A stretch of DNA of 63,949 bases, the filler included, from an uncultured bacterium (lineage in GTDB: Bacteria; Latescibacterota; UBA2968): the NCBI GenBank assembly GCA_964471275.1. It is 5 parts of 5 records of this genome, joined end to end, with 100 filler letters (N's around TTAATTAATTAA, not from the genome) between each part and the next. Parts side by side here need not be neighbours in the genome. Positions count along the whole stretch, not along the records: positions 1 to 12,918 come from CAYYGZ010000138.1; 4 more parts are not named here. One strand, 5' to 3'. The position numbers and the translations under genes are program-made. Position 1 is the first letter of the stretch. Each line of letters begins with the position of its first letter. The notes below the pieces were generated by a model. That model was not told the DNA's origin. It did not search any database and saw nothing but the letters and a program-made list of their open reading frames with translations. Positions 1-8,925 of this stretch are shown here, piece after piece.

Positions 1-1
1 C

Positions 2-514
2 CCCCGTGGCTACCAGGTCATACCGGTTGCCGCACCGAACGACATCGAGCTTTCGCATCATTATATGTGGCGCTTCTGGCAGGAGATGCCGAAGGCAGGA
101 CATATCGCGATATTCGACCGATCGTGGTATGGTCGCGTGACGGTTGAGCGCATAGAGGGGTTCTGCACAACACAGGAGTGGCAGAGAGCTTTCAAGGAAA
201 TAAACGAAACCGAAGAGCACCTTGTGCAGTCAGGTGCTGTAGTGCTAAAATTCTGGGTCGATATAGATAAAGAGACGCAGTTTCAGCGGTTCACAGATCG
301 CGGCAACCTCGAACACAAGCAGTGGAAGATCACAGATGAGGACTGGCGAAATCGCGAGAAGTGGGACGCTTACCGGCTGGCGGTGAACGAAATGCTGCAC
401 CTGACGAGCACCGAATACGCTCCGTGGACGATCGTCGAATCCACAGACAAACGATACGCACGAATTAAGACGCTGAAGATCTTCTGTTCTGAAATCGAGA
501 AACGGTTGAAATGA
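2..514 (+). CDS. ppk2: Polyphosphate kinase 2 family protein (5'-truncated by window edge)
   Basis: Open frame from base 2: PRGYQVIPVAAPND..HYMWRFW, Walker-B-type FDRSWYGRV, WKITDEDWRNR lid motif, PWTIVES.DKRYAR. Confidence 0.92.
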   Translation, partial: PRGYQVIPVAAPNDIELSHHYMWRFWQEMPKAGHIAIFDRSWYGRVTVERIEGFCTTQEWQRAFKEINETEEHLVQSGAVVLKFWVDIDKETQFQRFTDRGNLEHKQWKITDEDWRNREKWDAYRLAVNEMLHLTSTEYAPWTIVESTDKRYARIKTLKIFCSEIEKRLK

Positions 515-546
515 GCTTCGCCCCCACACCAATAACCTGTCAGACG

Positions 547-624
547 ATGCGCCGGAATGCCGAGCGAAACCGGTATAACGGAACCCATACGGCCAATTCC
601 GACAACGACGACGAGGAGAGCTGA
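547..624 (+). CDS. Putative Asn/Asp-rich attenuator leader peptide 1 (MRRNAERNRYNGTHTANSDNDDEES, 25 aa)
   Basis: Hand-translated ATG547-TGA624; 5 Asn + 3 Asp, clustered as NSDNDD; lies upstream of an Asp-tRNA synthetase and directly before antiterminator/terminator sequences. Confidence 0.65.
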   Translation: MRRNAERNRYNGTHTANSDNDDEES

Positions 625-625
625 T

Positions 626-698
626 CGGCGGGCATTGCAGATACACAACCGAGGATTCTACGCCCGCCGCAGCTGATCGCGACGGGCGTTTCTGTTTT
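626..698 (+). terminator. Antiterminator/terminator pair of attenuator 1
   Basis: CGGCGGGC (626-633) is the exact complement of GCCCGCCG (662-669); alternative hairpin CGCCCG..CGC/GCG..CGGGCG (661-688) followed by TTTCTGTTTT. Confidence 0.65.
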
Positions 699-723
699 GC
701 ACCAACAGCGCGACACCGATCCA

Positions 724-892
724 ATGCGAACAGCACACCCTACTACCTGCCCGATCTTCCACTCGAAAAATGATGCCAATCAGAATTCCACGGATCAGAA
801 TCCGATCCGGCGGTGGAGACCACCACTTACAGATCTCTGGATGAGAAATGCCCCCGACTCGTCGACGAGATCCGTTGGCGGGTTTTGCTTTT
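724..892 (+). promoter_or_regulatory. Second, degenerate Asn/Asp leader and terminator-like hairpin
   Basis: ATG724 MRTAHPTTCPIFHSKNDANQNSTDQN; GGCGG element after the Asx run; imperfect stem CCCCCGAC/GTTGGCGGG (851-882) plus TTTTGCTTTT; no stop codon, reads in frame into aspS. Confidence 0.45.
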
Positions 893-909
893 GCCCACAG
901 AAGAAACCT

Positions 910-2026
910 ATGCACAGCCTACAAACGCTTAAGCAGAAGATCGGCGAATCCGTCGTGATCCGGGGATGGATTCAAGCGATACGATCACAGAAACGTATGC
1001 AGTTCGTGATCCTCAGAACGGCGGCTCTCCGCGTCCAGTGTGTTGTCGACAGCCAGAGGCGTGCCCGGCAGGGCGAAAGGATCGCAGATCTTATACGCGA
1101 GTCGACGGTCAAAATCAAAGGCCTTGTCGTTGAGAACGAGCAGGTGGAATTGGGAGGCACCGAGATACGTCTCGACGCACTCGAACAGCTGAGCCACCCG
1201 GACGCTGCGTTGCCCATTGATCTATCGTCTCCGACCATATCTGGACCCGAGCCGCGCTTGGATTGGCGATTTCTTGACCTTCGCCAGCCCGAAAGCCGCC
1301 TGATCTTCGAGATACAGACCGAGGCAGAATGGGCGATGCGCCAGTATTGGCGGGCACATCAGTTCGTGGAGATCCATACGCCCAAGCTGATGGCGACAAC
1401 AAGCGAGTCCGGCGCCGAACTCTTCGAAGTGGGCTACTTCGGTGACCGGGCCTATCTCGCTCAGCCCCCTCAGCTCTACAAGCAAATGGCGATGGCGGCG
1501 GGCTTCGACAGAGTGTTCGAGGTGGCCCCGGTCTTCAGGGCCAACCCCTCGTTCACCTCGCGCCACGACACCGAGTTCACCTGCGTGGACGTCGAGATTT
1601 CCTGGATAGACTCGCACGAGGATGTCATGCAATTCGAAGAGCGATGGCTTCAGCACGTGCTCACACACATCGAGGAGACCTTCGGCGAGCAGATCTCGAA
1701 GATGTTTGGCGTCGACCTGTCCGTCCCATCGATCACGTTCCCCAGGGTTACAATGGCACGTGCACTCGAGATTCTGGCGGAACGGTCTCGAGGTCACCAC
1801 CGGGGCACAGCGTGAGCACCGTCTGGAGACACTCAAGAAGCAAGCGGCGGAGAAAGGTCTCGACACGCAGCATATCCAGTTCTACCTGGATTTCTTCCGA
1901 TACGGCTGTCCGCCGCACGGCGGGTTCGGATTCGGTCTGACCCGGATGTTGATGGTTATGCTCGGCTTACCGGCTGTCAGAAAATCGACCTTCCTGACCC
2001 GTAATCCCAACCGTCTGACACCGTGA
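910..2026 (+). pseudogene. aspS: Archaeal-type (non-discriminating) aspartate-tRNA(Asp/Asn) ligase with internal deletion and frameshift
   Basis: OB-fold start VVIRGWIQAIR, RLDWRFLDLR, HTPKL..ESGAELF, motif 2 FRANPSFTSRHDTEF in frame 1 ending at 1815; GLEVTTGAQREH and motif 3 YGCPPHGGFGFGLTR in another frame to 2026; the segment between is missing. Confidence 0.85.
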
Positions 2027-2056
2027 GCAAGAGGCGACCCCAATCCGTTGACATTG

Positions 2057-2085
2057 TTGACACCAGACAGGCGCTTCGGTAGATT
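2057..2085 (+). promoter_or_regulatory. Sigma70-type promoter
   Basis: TTGACA (2057-2062), 17 nt spacer, TAGATT (2080-2085), upstream of the riboswitch. Confidence 0.65.
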
Positions 2086-2126
2086 CTCGCATCGCTCATT
2101 GTCATACGTGCGGTACAAATAAGCTT

Positions 2127-2200
2127 CCGCATAGGGGTGCCGAAAGGCTGAGAACATACCCTATGAACCTGATCTGGGTAATTCCAGCGTAGGAATGCGG
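2127..2200 (+). ncRNA. TPP (thi-box) riboswitch aptamer
   Basis: P1 CCGCAT/ATGCGG; GGGGTGCC-GAAA-GGCTGAGA; ATACCC; GAACCTGATCTGGGTAATTCCAGCGTAGGAA. Confidence 0.95.
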
Positions 2201-2230
2201 TTCTAGAGTCGGCCTCATCACCGGGGCCCT

Positions 2231-2267
2231 AAAGGTCGCTTCCGTCAAGAAGCGACCTTTCTGTTTT
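2231..2267 (+). terminator. Intrinsic terminator (riboswitch expression platform)
   Basis: Perfect 12-bp stem AAAGGTCGCTTC-cgtcaa-GAAGCGACCTTT followed by CTGTTTT. Confidence 0.85.
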
Positions 2268-2297
2268 AGCGGAAGCAGAACCCGAGGAGCTACATCC

Positions 2298-4748
2298 ATG
2301 GTATTTCGACAGTTGGCCGTAGCCACACTTCTCTTGTGCACGGCCACGAACTCGCGTGCGGCTACGGTCGCCGGAGTCGTAACCAACAAGGAGACGGGGG
2401 CACCCGTAGGAGGCGTGAACGTCCGGATTCAGGGCGTAACCAGCGGCTCACACACGGACACGAGTGGCCGATACCGTTTTGACGGTCTTCACGATCGCGT
2501 CTACATCCTGATTTTCAGCCACGTCGGGCATCACGAGTCGGTACACCGTATCGCCTTGGGCAAAAGTGAAGCCCGGCTGGATGTCGACCTGGTGCCAGCT
2601 CTGTTCCCGGGCCAGGAGATCACGATCACCGCGACACGTGCCGTGGCTCGTGAAACACCGGCGACCTTCAGCAATCTGGGCGAAAAGGATCTCCAGGATC
2701 GGTTCCACACACAAGGCATCCCAACGATGCTCTCGGAACTTCCTTCGGCGACCACATACTCGGAAGCAGGCAACAACGTCGGCTACACTTACCTCACGCT
2801 GCGCGGTTTCGATCAGAGACGCGTGTCTGTAATGATCAACGGAGTCCCTCAGAATGACCCTGAGGATCACAACGTCTACTGGGTCAACTTCCCGGATCTG
2901 GCTTCCTCGCTTGAAGACATACAGGTCCAGCGCGGTGCGGGATCGGCATTCTATGGGCCCGCCGCAATTGGGGGTTCGGTAAACCTCGTGACGGATAGCT
3001 TCGACCCCGACCCAAAGCTGACGATCACGTCCGGCTACGGCAGCTACGACACCCGTAAGCTCGGCATCACCCTAAACTCCGGATTGCTGAGTAATAGTTG
3101 GGCTCTCAATGCCCATCTGGGCAAGACCCAGACAGACGGGTATCGGCACGGCGCGTGGGCAGACTTCCTGTCTTACTTCCTGCGCGGCGCGCACTACACC
3201 GAGAATGTCACGACCCGTTTCCACATCTACGGTAGTATCAACCGCGACCATCTCAATTTCTATGGAACCACACGAACGCAAACCATCGCAGGCCAGACCG
3301 TAAACGCCCTTCGTGATCGTGAGCTTCGGCGCATCAACCCCATCTCCGGCGATGAAGAGATAGAGGACTTCCACCAACCGCACTATGAGATCCTGCACGA
3401 GTGGGCAATCAGTCCAGACGCCACGCTCCACAACACGTTCTTCTACGTTCAGGGCGGCGGTTACTTCGACTTCGACGGTTCGTGGGCCGACACAACCTAC
3501 TATCGGTTGACCTCGGAAAACGGGTTCACTGCCATGGGCAACCCGGGCCAATCCGTGATCCGGGCATTTGTGAACAATCGGCACGGCGGCTGGCTGCCAC
3601 GACTGAATTTCCGAACACGCAAGACGGAAACAGAAATTGGCCTTGAAGCGCGATACCATCAATCCATCCACTGGGGCAAGATCCGTTGGGCCGAGAACCT
3701 CCCGCCTGAACTGGATCCGGAGTTTCGCTACTACGACTACAAGGGGGCCAAATGGATCCTCTCCGCATACGGCACTCACTATCAGAGATTTGCCGATCGA
3801 TGGAACCTGATGACCAGCATCCAGGTTGCGCACAAGCGATACCGGTTGTTCGATGAGGCATTTGTCGGGAATGACTTCTCGGTCCCGTTCACGTTCATCA
3901 ACCCCAAAGCGGGGCTCAACTTCAACGCGACCGACCGGCTTAACGCATACTTCAGCCTTAGCCGAACATCACGAGAACCGCGTCTGGTGAACTTCTACGA
4001 CGCGGCCAGTTCGAGCTATGGCGTACTTCCCGAGTTCGAGACGGGCCCCGGTGGTTTGATCGATTTCAGTAAGCCTCTCACCAAACCTGAACGCCTGAAC
4101 AATCTGGAAACTGGCGCTGCTTACACGGGCAGACGAGCAAGGGGGTCTATCAACCTATTCTGGATGGACTTCGAGGACGAGATCGTAAAGAACGGGCAGC
4201 TGGATCAGTTCGGTCAGCCGGTCACGGGGAATGCCGAGTCGACTCTGCACAAGGGAATCGAGCTCTCAGGTGCCCTGCGGCCGTCAGAGACACTGGTCCT
4301 GCAAGGGAACATCAGCCTGTCCCGGAACACTTTCCAAAACTACACTGTCTACGACAAGGGCACACCGGTGTCCTACGACGGGAACCGTATCGCCGGATTT
4401 CCTGACTTACTGGGGAACCTTAGAGCCACGTTTGAACAGGGCGGGCTCAGGGCCTCTCTTGCGTTGCAGTATGTCGGACCCCAGTACACCGACAATTCGC
4501 AAGACAGCCGGAACGACCCGACTCTGAGACAATCGCCAGGATACGATGCGCTCAAGGTCGATGCCTACACAGCAGTGAATCTCGGGTTTGCATACGACCT
4601 GTCCAGGTTCACGGGTGCTACGAGGTTCGAGATTCGGCTGGACATCAACAACCTCTTCGATAGGCTGTATGAAACGCACGGCGAAGGGGCGTCGTTCTTC
4701 CCCGCTGCCACTCGAAACGTGTTCGTGTGGACGAAGATCGACCTCTAG
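2298..4748 (+). CDS. TonB-dependent receptor, probably for thiamine or a precursor
   Basis: Signal peptide, CarboxypepD-like N-domain, plug (LRGFD..INGVP..IQVQRGAGSAFYG.AIGG.VN), C-terminal NNLFD..Y..RN; downstream of TPP riboswitch; GAGGAG RBS. Confidence 0.9.
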   Translation: MVFRQLAVATLLLCTATNSRAATVAGVVTNKETGAPVGGVNVRIQGVTSGSHTDTSGRYRFDGLHDRVYILIFSHVGHHESVHRIALGKSEARLDVDLVPALFPGQEITITATRAVARETPATFSNLGEKDLQDRFHTQGIPTMLSELPSATTYSEAGNNVGYTYLTLRGFDQRRVSVMINGVPQNDPEDHNVYWVNFPDLASSLEDIQVQRGAGSAFYGPAAIGGSVNLVTDSFDPDPKLTITSGYGSYDTRKLGITLNSGLLSNSWALNAHLGKTQTDGYRHGAWADFLSYFLRGAHYTENVTTRFHIYGSINRDHLNFYGTTRTQTIAGQTVNALRDRELRRINPISGDEEIEDFHQPHYEILHEWAISPDATLHNTFFYVQGGGYFDFDGSWADTTYYRLTSENGFTAMGNPGQSVIRAFVNNRHGGWLPRLNFRTRKTETEIGLEARYHQSIHWGKIRWAENLPPELDPEFRYYDYKGAKWILSAYGTHYQRFADRWNLMTSIQVAHKRYRLFDEAFVGNDFSVPFTFINPKAGLNFNATDRLNAYFSLSRTSREPRLVNFYDAASSSYGVLPEFETGPGGLIDFSKPLTKPERLNNLETGAAYTGRRARGSINLFWMDFEDEIVKNGQLDQFGQPVTGNAESTLHKGIELSGALRPSETLVLQGNISLSRNTFQNYTVYDKGTPVSYDGNRIAGFPDLLGNLRATFEQGGLRASLALQYVGPQYTDNSQDSRNDPTLRQSPGYDALKVDAYTAVNLGFAYDLSRFTGATRFEIRLDINNLFDRLYETHGEGASFFPAATRNVFVWTKIDL

Positions 4749-4814
4749 CATCGCCGGACAGACAACGATACTGACCTGACACAACACGGTTTACAGTAGG
4801 TGTCCGGCCTCATC

Positions 4815-4842
4815 AGGGAGCCGGCTTGTTCCGGCTCCCTTT
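4815..4842 (+). terminator. Intrinsic terminator
   Basis: AGGGAGCCGG-cttgtt-CCGGCTCCCT-TT. Confidence 0.75.
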
Positions 4843-4952
4843 CCATTTCCGGTCTGACGGCGAATGACTTGATCAATCCCCCGATCAGGGCCTAAATTGT
4901 GCGTTAGCAGTCAATTTTTCAGAATGCCACACAAATCTTTAGGGAGGAGTCG

Positions 4953-7829
4953 ATGAAGCTCATACTGATATTGTTTTCCATTCTGGTCACGTCCAGCGGA
5001 CACGCTCAAACAACGGGAAAACTCGTGGGCACTGTGGCGGACAACCTGGGCAATGGGCTCCCGGGCGCGAACGTTAATGTCGTCGGTTCCCATCTTTCTG
5101 CACCGACAGGTACGGTAACCGATACGGATGGTATGTATGAAGTGCCGTCGCTCCCGCCAGGCCGCTACTCGGTAACCGCGTCATTCGTTGGATACAAGAC
5201 CAGCACAAAAGACATCACAATTTCGGCCGGCAGCACGACCACTACGGGATTCTCTCTGGCATCGTCAGTACTGTGGGGAGACCAGTTGATCGTGTCCGCA
5301 TCACGCGAGCCCGAAAAGGTTCTGGACGCGCCGGCGTCGGTGGCCATAGTCGACGGTAAAGAGCTCGCAAGCTTGCCGACGCTGAACGTTGCTGAGAGCG
5401 TGCAATCGGAAGGCGGCGTTGACTTTGCCAAAACGGGTCTGATCCAGAACGCCACCGTGGTTCGCGGCTTCAATAATGTCTTCTCCGGTGCGCTCTTGAC
5501 CTTGATGGACAACCGTATCGGGAGCGTGCCGTCTCTCCGTGTCAACGTCAACAGCTTCATTCCCGTCACCAACCAGGATGTCGAGCGGATCGAGCTGGTC
5601 CGTGGACCAGGATCCGCTCTCTACGGCCCAAACAGCGCGAATGGCGTGATGCACATAATCACTCGTTCGCCCATCGGATCCGAAGGCACGACGATCGGGT
5701 TCGGCGGAGGCGAACGCAACCTGCGGAATGCGAGCTTCCGCCACGCGTCGTCAAAGGACGATAAGGTTGGCTTCAAAATTTCTGGCCAGTACTACGCGGG
5801 AACCGACTGGGAATACGTGGATCCCATCGAGGTCCAGGCCAACAATGGGGTCAACCCCCGTGACTACGATATCGAGAAGTTCACCGGCGAGGCCCGTGTG
5901 GATTTCAGACCCGACGAGAATACGGAGATCGTGCTTTCCGCCGGTTTCAACCAGTCTGCCATGATTGAGATGACGGGTCTGGGCGCTGCTCAAACCGAGA
6001 ACTGGAGATATCAGCACCTGCAGGCCCGCATGCGACACCAGGACTGGTTTGCCCAGATCTTCTTCAACAAGAGTGATGCCGGAGACACGCATCTGTTGCG
6101 AACCAAAGATGCGATTGTCGACAAATCGACACTGACCGTCCTGCAACTTCAGCACTCCGCTCAATTGGGCAGTCGGCAGCGCTTCACCTACGGCGGAGAC
6201 ATCCTGTGGACTCGACCCGTGACTGAGGGTACGATAAGCGGCGCCCACGAAGACGAGGATGACGTGAACGAATACGGCGCCTATCTGCAGAGCGAGACAT
6301 CCCTGAACGACCAGGTCAAATTGGTCTTAGCCGGCCGATACGATTCGCATAACTATCTGAAGGACAACAACTTTTCGCCGAGGGCAGCACTCGTTTTTAA
6401 ACCGGATGGTAACCAGACCCTGCGTGCGACCTACAACCGCGCCTTTTCAACACCGAGCAGCAACAACCTGTTTCTTGACCTCGTCAGTACAGCAGACGCA
6501 TTCGGAATCGGATCAGCCTTCGCACCGAGCATCGGATACAGCCCGGCGATCGACGTTCGCGCTCTGGGGATCCTGAACGGATTCACCTTCAACCGAGGCG
6601 CGGGCAACCTGCCGACCTACCGTTCGCCCTTCGCCCCCGTCGCCGGCATGGACAGGGCAACGCAGATCCCGCTCCACGACCCGGTGTTCACGAATGTCGA
6701 GTGGGGAATCGCTCGGGGAGCCGTCCTCAATGCCTTCATACCAACGATCACACCGGTTGCGACTGGACTCGTCACCCAGCAGCTCATGGGCGCGGGCCTC
6801 CCAGCCGACGTCGCCGCTGCACAGGCGCCGACAGTGGTGGATGGCCTGATCGCAGGTTTCCAGGCAATCGTGCCGTCGCAGTTGCCAGGCCTGCGGAACA
6901 GCCTCGCGACGCTGAACGTGCAAACGGCCGGATTCGACCCAATTACGATCAGCCCCGATGTCGTCAGCGATATCACGAACATCGATCCCACGATCACGGA
7001 GACTTTCGAAGCAGGCTACAAGGGACTGCACAACGGCAACCTTTTGATCACGGCCGACTTCTACCGGACAGATACGAAGGAATTTGTCGGGCCCCTTCGG
7101 ATCGAGACACCGAATGTGTTCCTCGAAGGACAGGCGCTCGCCGCAGCTCTGACTGCCTCCTTCGGCGCCTCGCTTGCCGACCCGGCAAATGCCGAGCTCA
7201 CGGCATTTCTCGCCGCTCTGGACGGCCCCACCTTGGGCGGAAACGCAAATGGGACGTCGATCGATGAGCTTGTCGGATTGTTTGTCAGTGGTACGGCCAA
7301 CAACGGTGCGGCGTACATCCCATTCGGTACGATCACCCCGATCCAGGCCGTAGATCCCGCAGCCGTAACCGTGACATACCGGAACTTCGGATCCGTAACG
7401 GTTTATGGCGTCGACGCGGGCTTTACATACTTTGCGCCGAACAATTGGACGATCACGGGGAATTATTCATTCGTGAATGAGGATCTCTTTGAGAATCTTG
7501 GCGGAATCGCGGATATTGCGCTAAACGCTCCGAGGCACAAGGCCAACTTCGGAATCAAGTATAGTCATCCCGAGACCGGCCTACGAGCGGGCGCAAAGCT
7601 GCGGTATAGAAGTGAGTTCCCGATGGACTCGGGCGCCTACGTCGGCATCGTGGAGTCCTACACGGCGGTCGATCTGGCCGTTCAGTACGATCTTCCCTTC
7701 AAGAGCTCGCCCTTTACGGCGACGCTCAGCCTAAATGGAAGCAATATTCTCGATGACAGCCATCAGGAATTCTTCGGGGCGCCGGCCATCGGGCGTCTTG
7801 TCACAAGCGGCCTGATCGTGAAGTTCTGA
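4953..7829 (+). CDS. TonB-dependent receptor (FepA/CirA-like) with large insertions
   Basis: Signal peptide; IERIELVRGPGSALYG.N.ANGV..IIT-type plug motif; FSPRAALV; terminal aromatic residue (VKF); GGAGG RBS. Confidence 0.9.
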   Translation: MKLILILFSILVTSSGHAQTTGKLVGTVADNLGNGLPGANVNVVGSHLSAPTGTVTDTDGMYEVPSLPPGRYSVTASFVGYKTSTKDITISAGSTTTTGFSLASSVLWGDQLIVSASREPEKVLDAPASVAIVDGKELASLPTLNVAESVQSEGGVDFAKTGLIQNATVVRGFNNVFSGALLTLMDNRIGSVPSLRVNVNSFIPVTNQDVERIELVRGPGSALYGPNSANGVMHIITRSPIGSEGTTIGFGGGERNLRNASFRHASSKDDKVGFKISGQYYAGTDWEYVDPIEVQANNGVNPRDYDIEKFTGEARVDFRPDENTEIVLSAGFNQSAMIEMTGLGAAQTENWRYQHLQARMRHQDWFAQIFFNKSDAGDTHLLRTKDAIVDKSTLTVLQLQHSAQLGSRQRFTYGGDILWTRPVTEGTISGAHEDEDDVNEYGAYLQSETSLNDQVKLVLAGRYDSHNYLKDNNFSPRAALVFKPDGNQTLRATYNRAFSTPSSNNLFLDLVSTADAFGIGSAFAPSIGYSPAIDVRALGILNGFTFNRGAGNLPTYRSPFAPVAGMDRATQIPLHDPVFTNVEWGIARGAVLNAFIPTITPVATGLVTQQLMGAGLPADVAAAQAPTVVDGLIAGFQAIVPSQLPGLRNSLATLNVQTAGFDPITISPDVVSDITNIDPTITETFEAGYKGLHNGNLLITADFYRTDTKEFVGPLRIETPNVFLEGQALAAALTASFGASLADPANAELTAFLAALDGPTLGGNANGTSIDELVGLFVSGTANNGAAYIPFGTITPIQAVDPAAVTVTYRNFGSVTVYGVDAGFTYFAPNNWTITGNYSFVNEDLFENLGGIADIALNAPRHKANFGIKYSHPETGLRAGAKLRYRSEFPMDSGAYVGIVESYTAVDLAVQYDLPFKSSPFTATLSLNGSNILDDSHQEFFGAPAIGRLVTSGLIVKF

Positions 7830-8921
7830 TTGATCAGTCTGTTGTTAACTTTGCTTTTCGCCGGCCAACCGGTATTCGCGGGGAACGCGTATGAAACGGT
7901 TGGCCGGCGTTTTACGTTCCTGCCTCTGACAGGATTCAGCTCTGATGACGGAATTGGGGGTGGTTTCCGTCTTGCACGATTCGACTACGATGGCGAGACC
8001 GTCCCTTACCGGAGATCCTTCAACCTTCAGGGGTTCTTCACCGCCAAGGGAAAGTGGGCACACCAGCTGAAGGCGGACTTTCCCGAAATCACATCCCATA
8101 GCCGGCTCGAGTTCACAATTCGATACGACAAAGAAGAGACCGCGAACTATTTTGGCGATCTCACGGATGCAGATCTTGCCGTCTACACCAGCGATGAACA
8201 GACCTACGAGCAGGTAGATCCCTACCTGACGATCAGGTGGATCCTCGATCTGCAGCGCCCGTGGCGTCTGCAGGTCAGGCTGAGAACGGGCACCACGTTG
8301 ATCTCATCGCATACGTCTGCAAGGAGCGTCATAGACGCGCTTGCGCCTCTCGGTTATGAAGGAGGATATCTCTTACAGTTGGGGACATCCCTGCGATATG
8401 ACACGCGAGACGACTACACCAACAGCACGCAGGGGCGGTTGGATGAGGTGGGAGTCGAGTGGAGCTTCGGAGCCGACGGAGACTTCAACGGCGGAGAACT
8501 CATTCTGGAGCATAGACACTTCAGAACTGTGGCGAGACGTCTCATATTCGCCCAACGCTTTCTGGCTAACTATACGATGGGCGATATCCCGTTCTACGAG
8601 CGCCCCAAGCTCGGCAGCAGCAAGACACTCCGCGGTCTCTCTGCGGACCGGCTGCGAGATGATGCGCGGATCCTTGCGAACACGGAACTGCGATGGATGG
8701 GAATGCAGATCTCAGGACAGAACCATATGTTCGCCGGCATGAATGTTTTTGCGGATGTCGGGCAGGTCTTTCCCCGAAGTAAGATGCCGTCCAGCGGTGA
8801 CTGGGAGCTCGGTCTGGGATTTGGAATTAGAGTCTACTGGTACAGCACGGTCGTACGCGCGGACCTCGGCAGGTCGAACGGTGGAACGGCCCTCTACACG
8901 CGCTTCTCACAGATCTTTTAG
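7830..8921 (+). CDS. Omp85/BamA-TamA-type beta-barrel protein without POTRA domains
   Basis: YDTRD, PFYE...LG..LRG...R, N.ELR, F.D.G, G.G.R, C-terminal QIF; TTG start abutting the upstream stop. Confidence 0.75.
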   Translation: MISLLLTLLFAGQPVFAGNAYETVGRRFTFLPLTGFSSDDGIGGGFRLARFDYDGETVPYRRSFNLQGFFTAKGKWAHQLKADFPEITSHSRLEFTIRYDKEETANYFGDLTDADLAVYTSDEQTYEQVDPYLTIRWILDLQRPWRLQVRLRTGTTLISSHTSARSVIDALAPLGYEGGYLLQLGTSLRYDTRDDYTNSTQGRLDEVGVEWSFGADGDFNGGELILEHRHFRTVARRLIFAQRFLANYTMGDIPFYERPKLGSSKTLRGLSADRLRDDARILANTELRWMGMQISGQNHMFAGMNVFADVGQVFPRSKMPSSGDWELGLGFGIRVYWYSTVVRADLGRSNGGTALYTRFSQIF

Positions 8922-8925
8922 CCCA

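Noticed and set aside
697..909. N-terminal extension of AspRS given by the ORF track
   Set aside because: Not AspRS-like; better explained as leader/attenuator sequence that has lost its stop
1770..1815. Programmed frameshift in aspS
   Set aside because: No slippery site, and a conserved block is missing, so frameshifting would not restore a full enzyme
2210..4815. CGGCCTCATCA occurring before both terminators flanking the thiamine receptor gene (target-site duplication?)
   Set aside because: Only 11 nt, no mobile-element genes, and the first copy lies inside the riboswitch platform; may be chance
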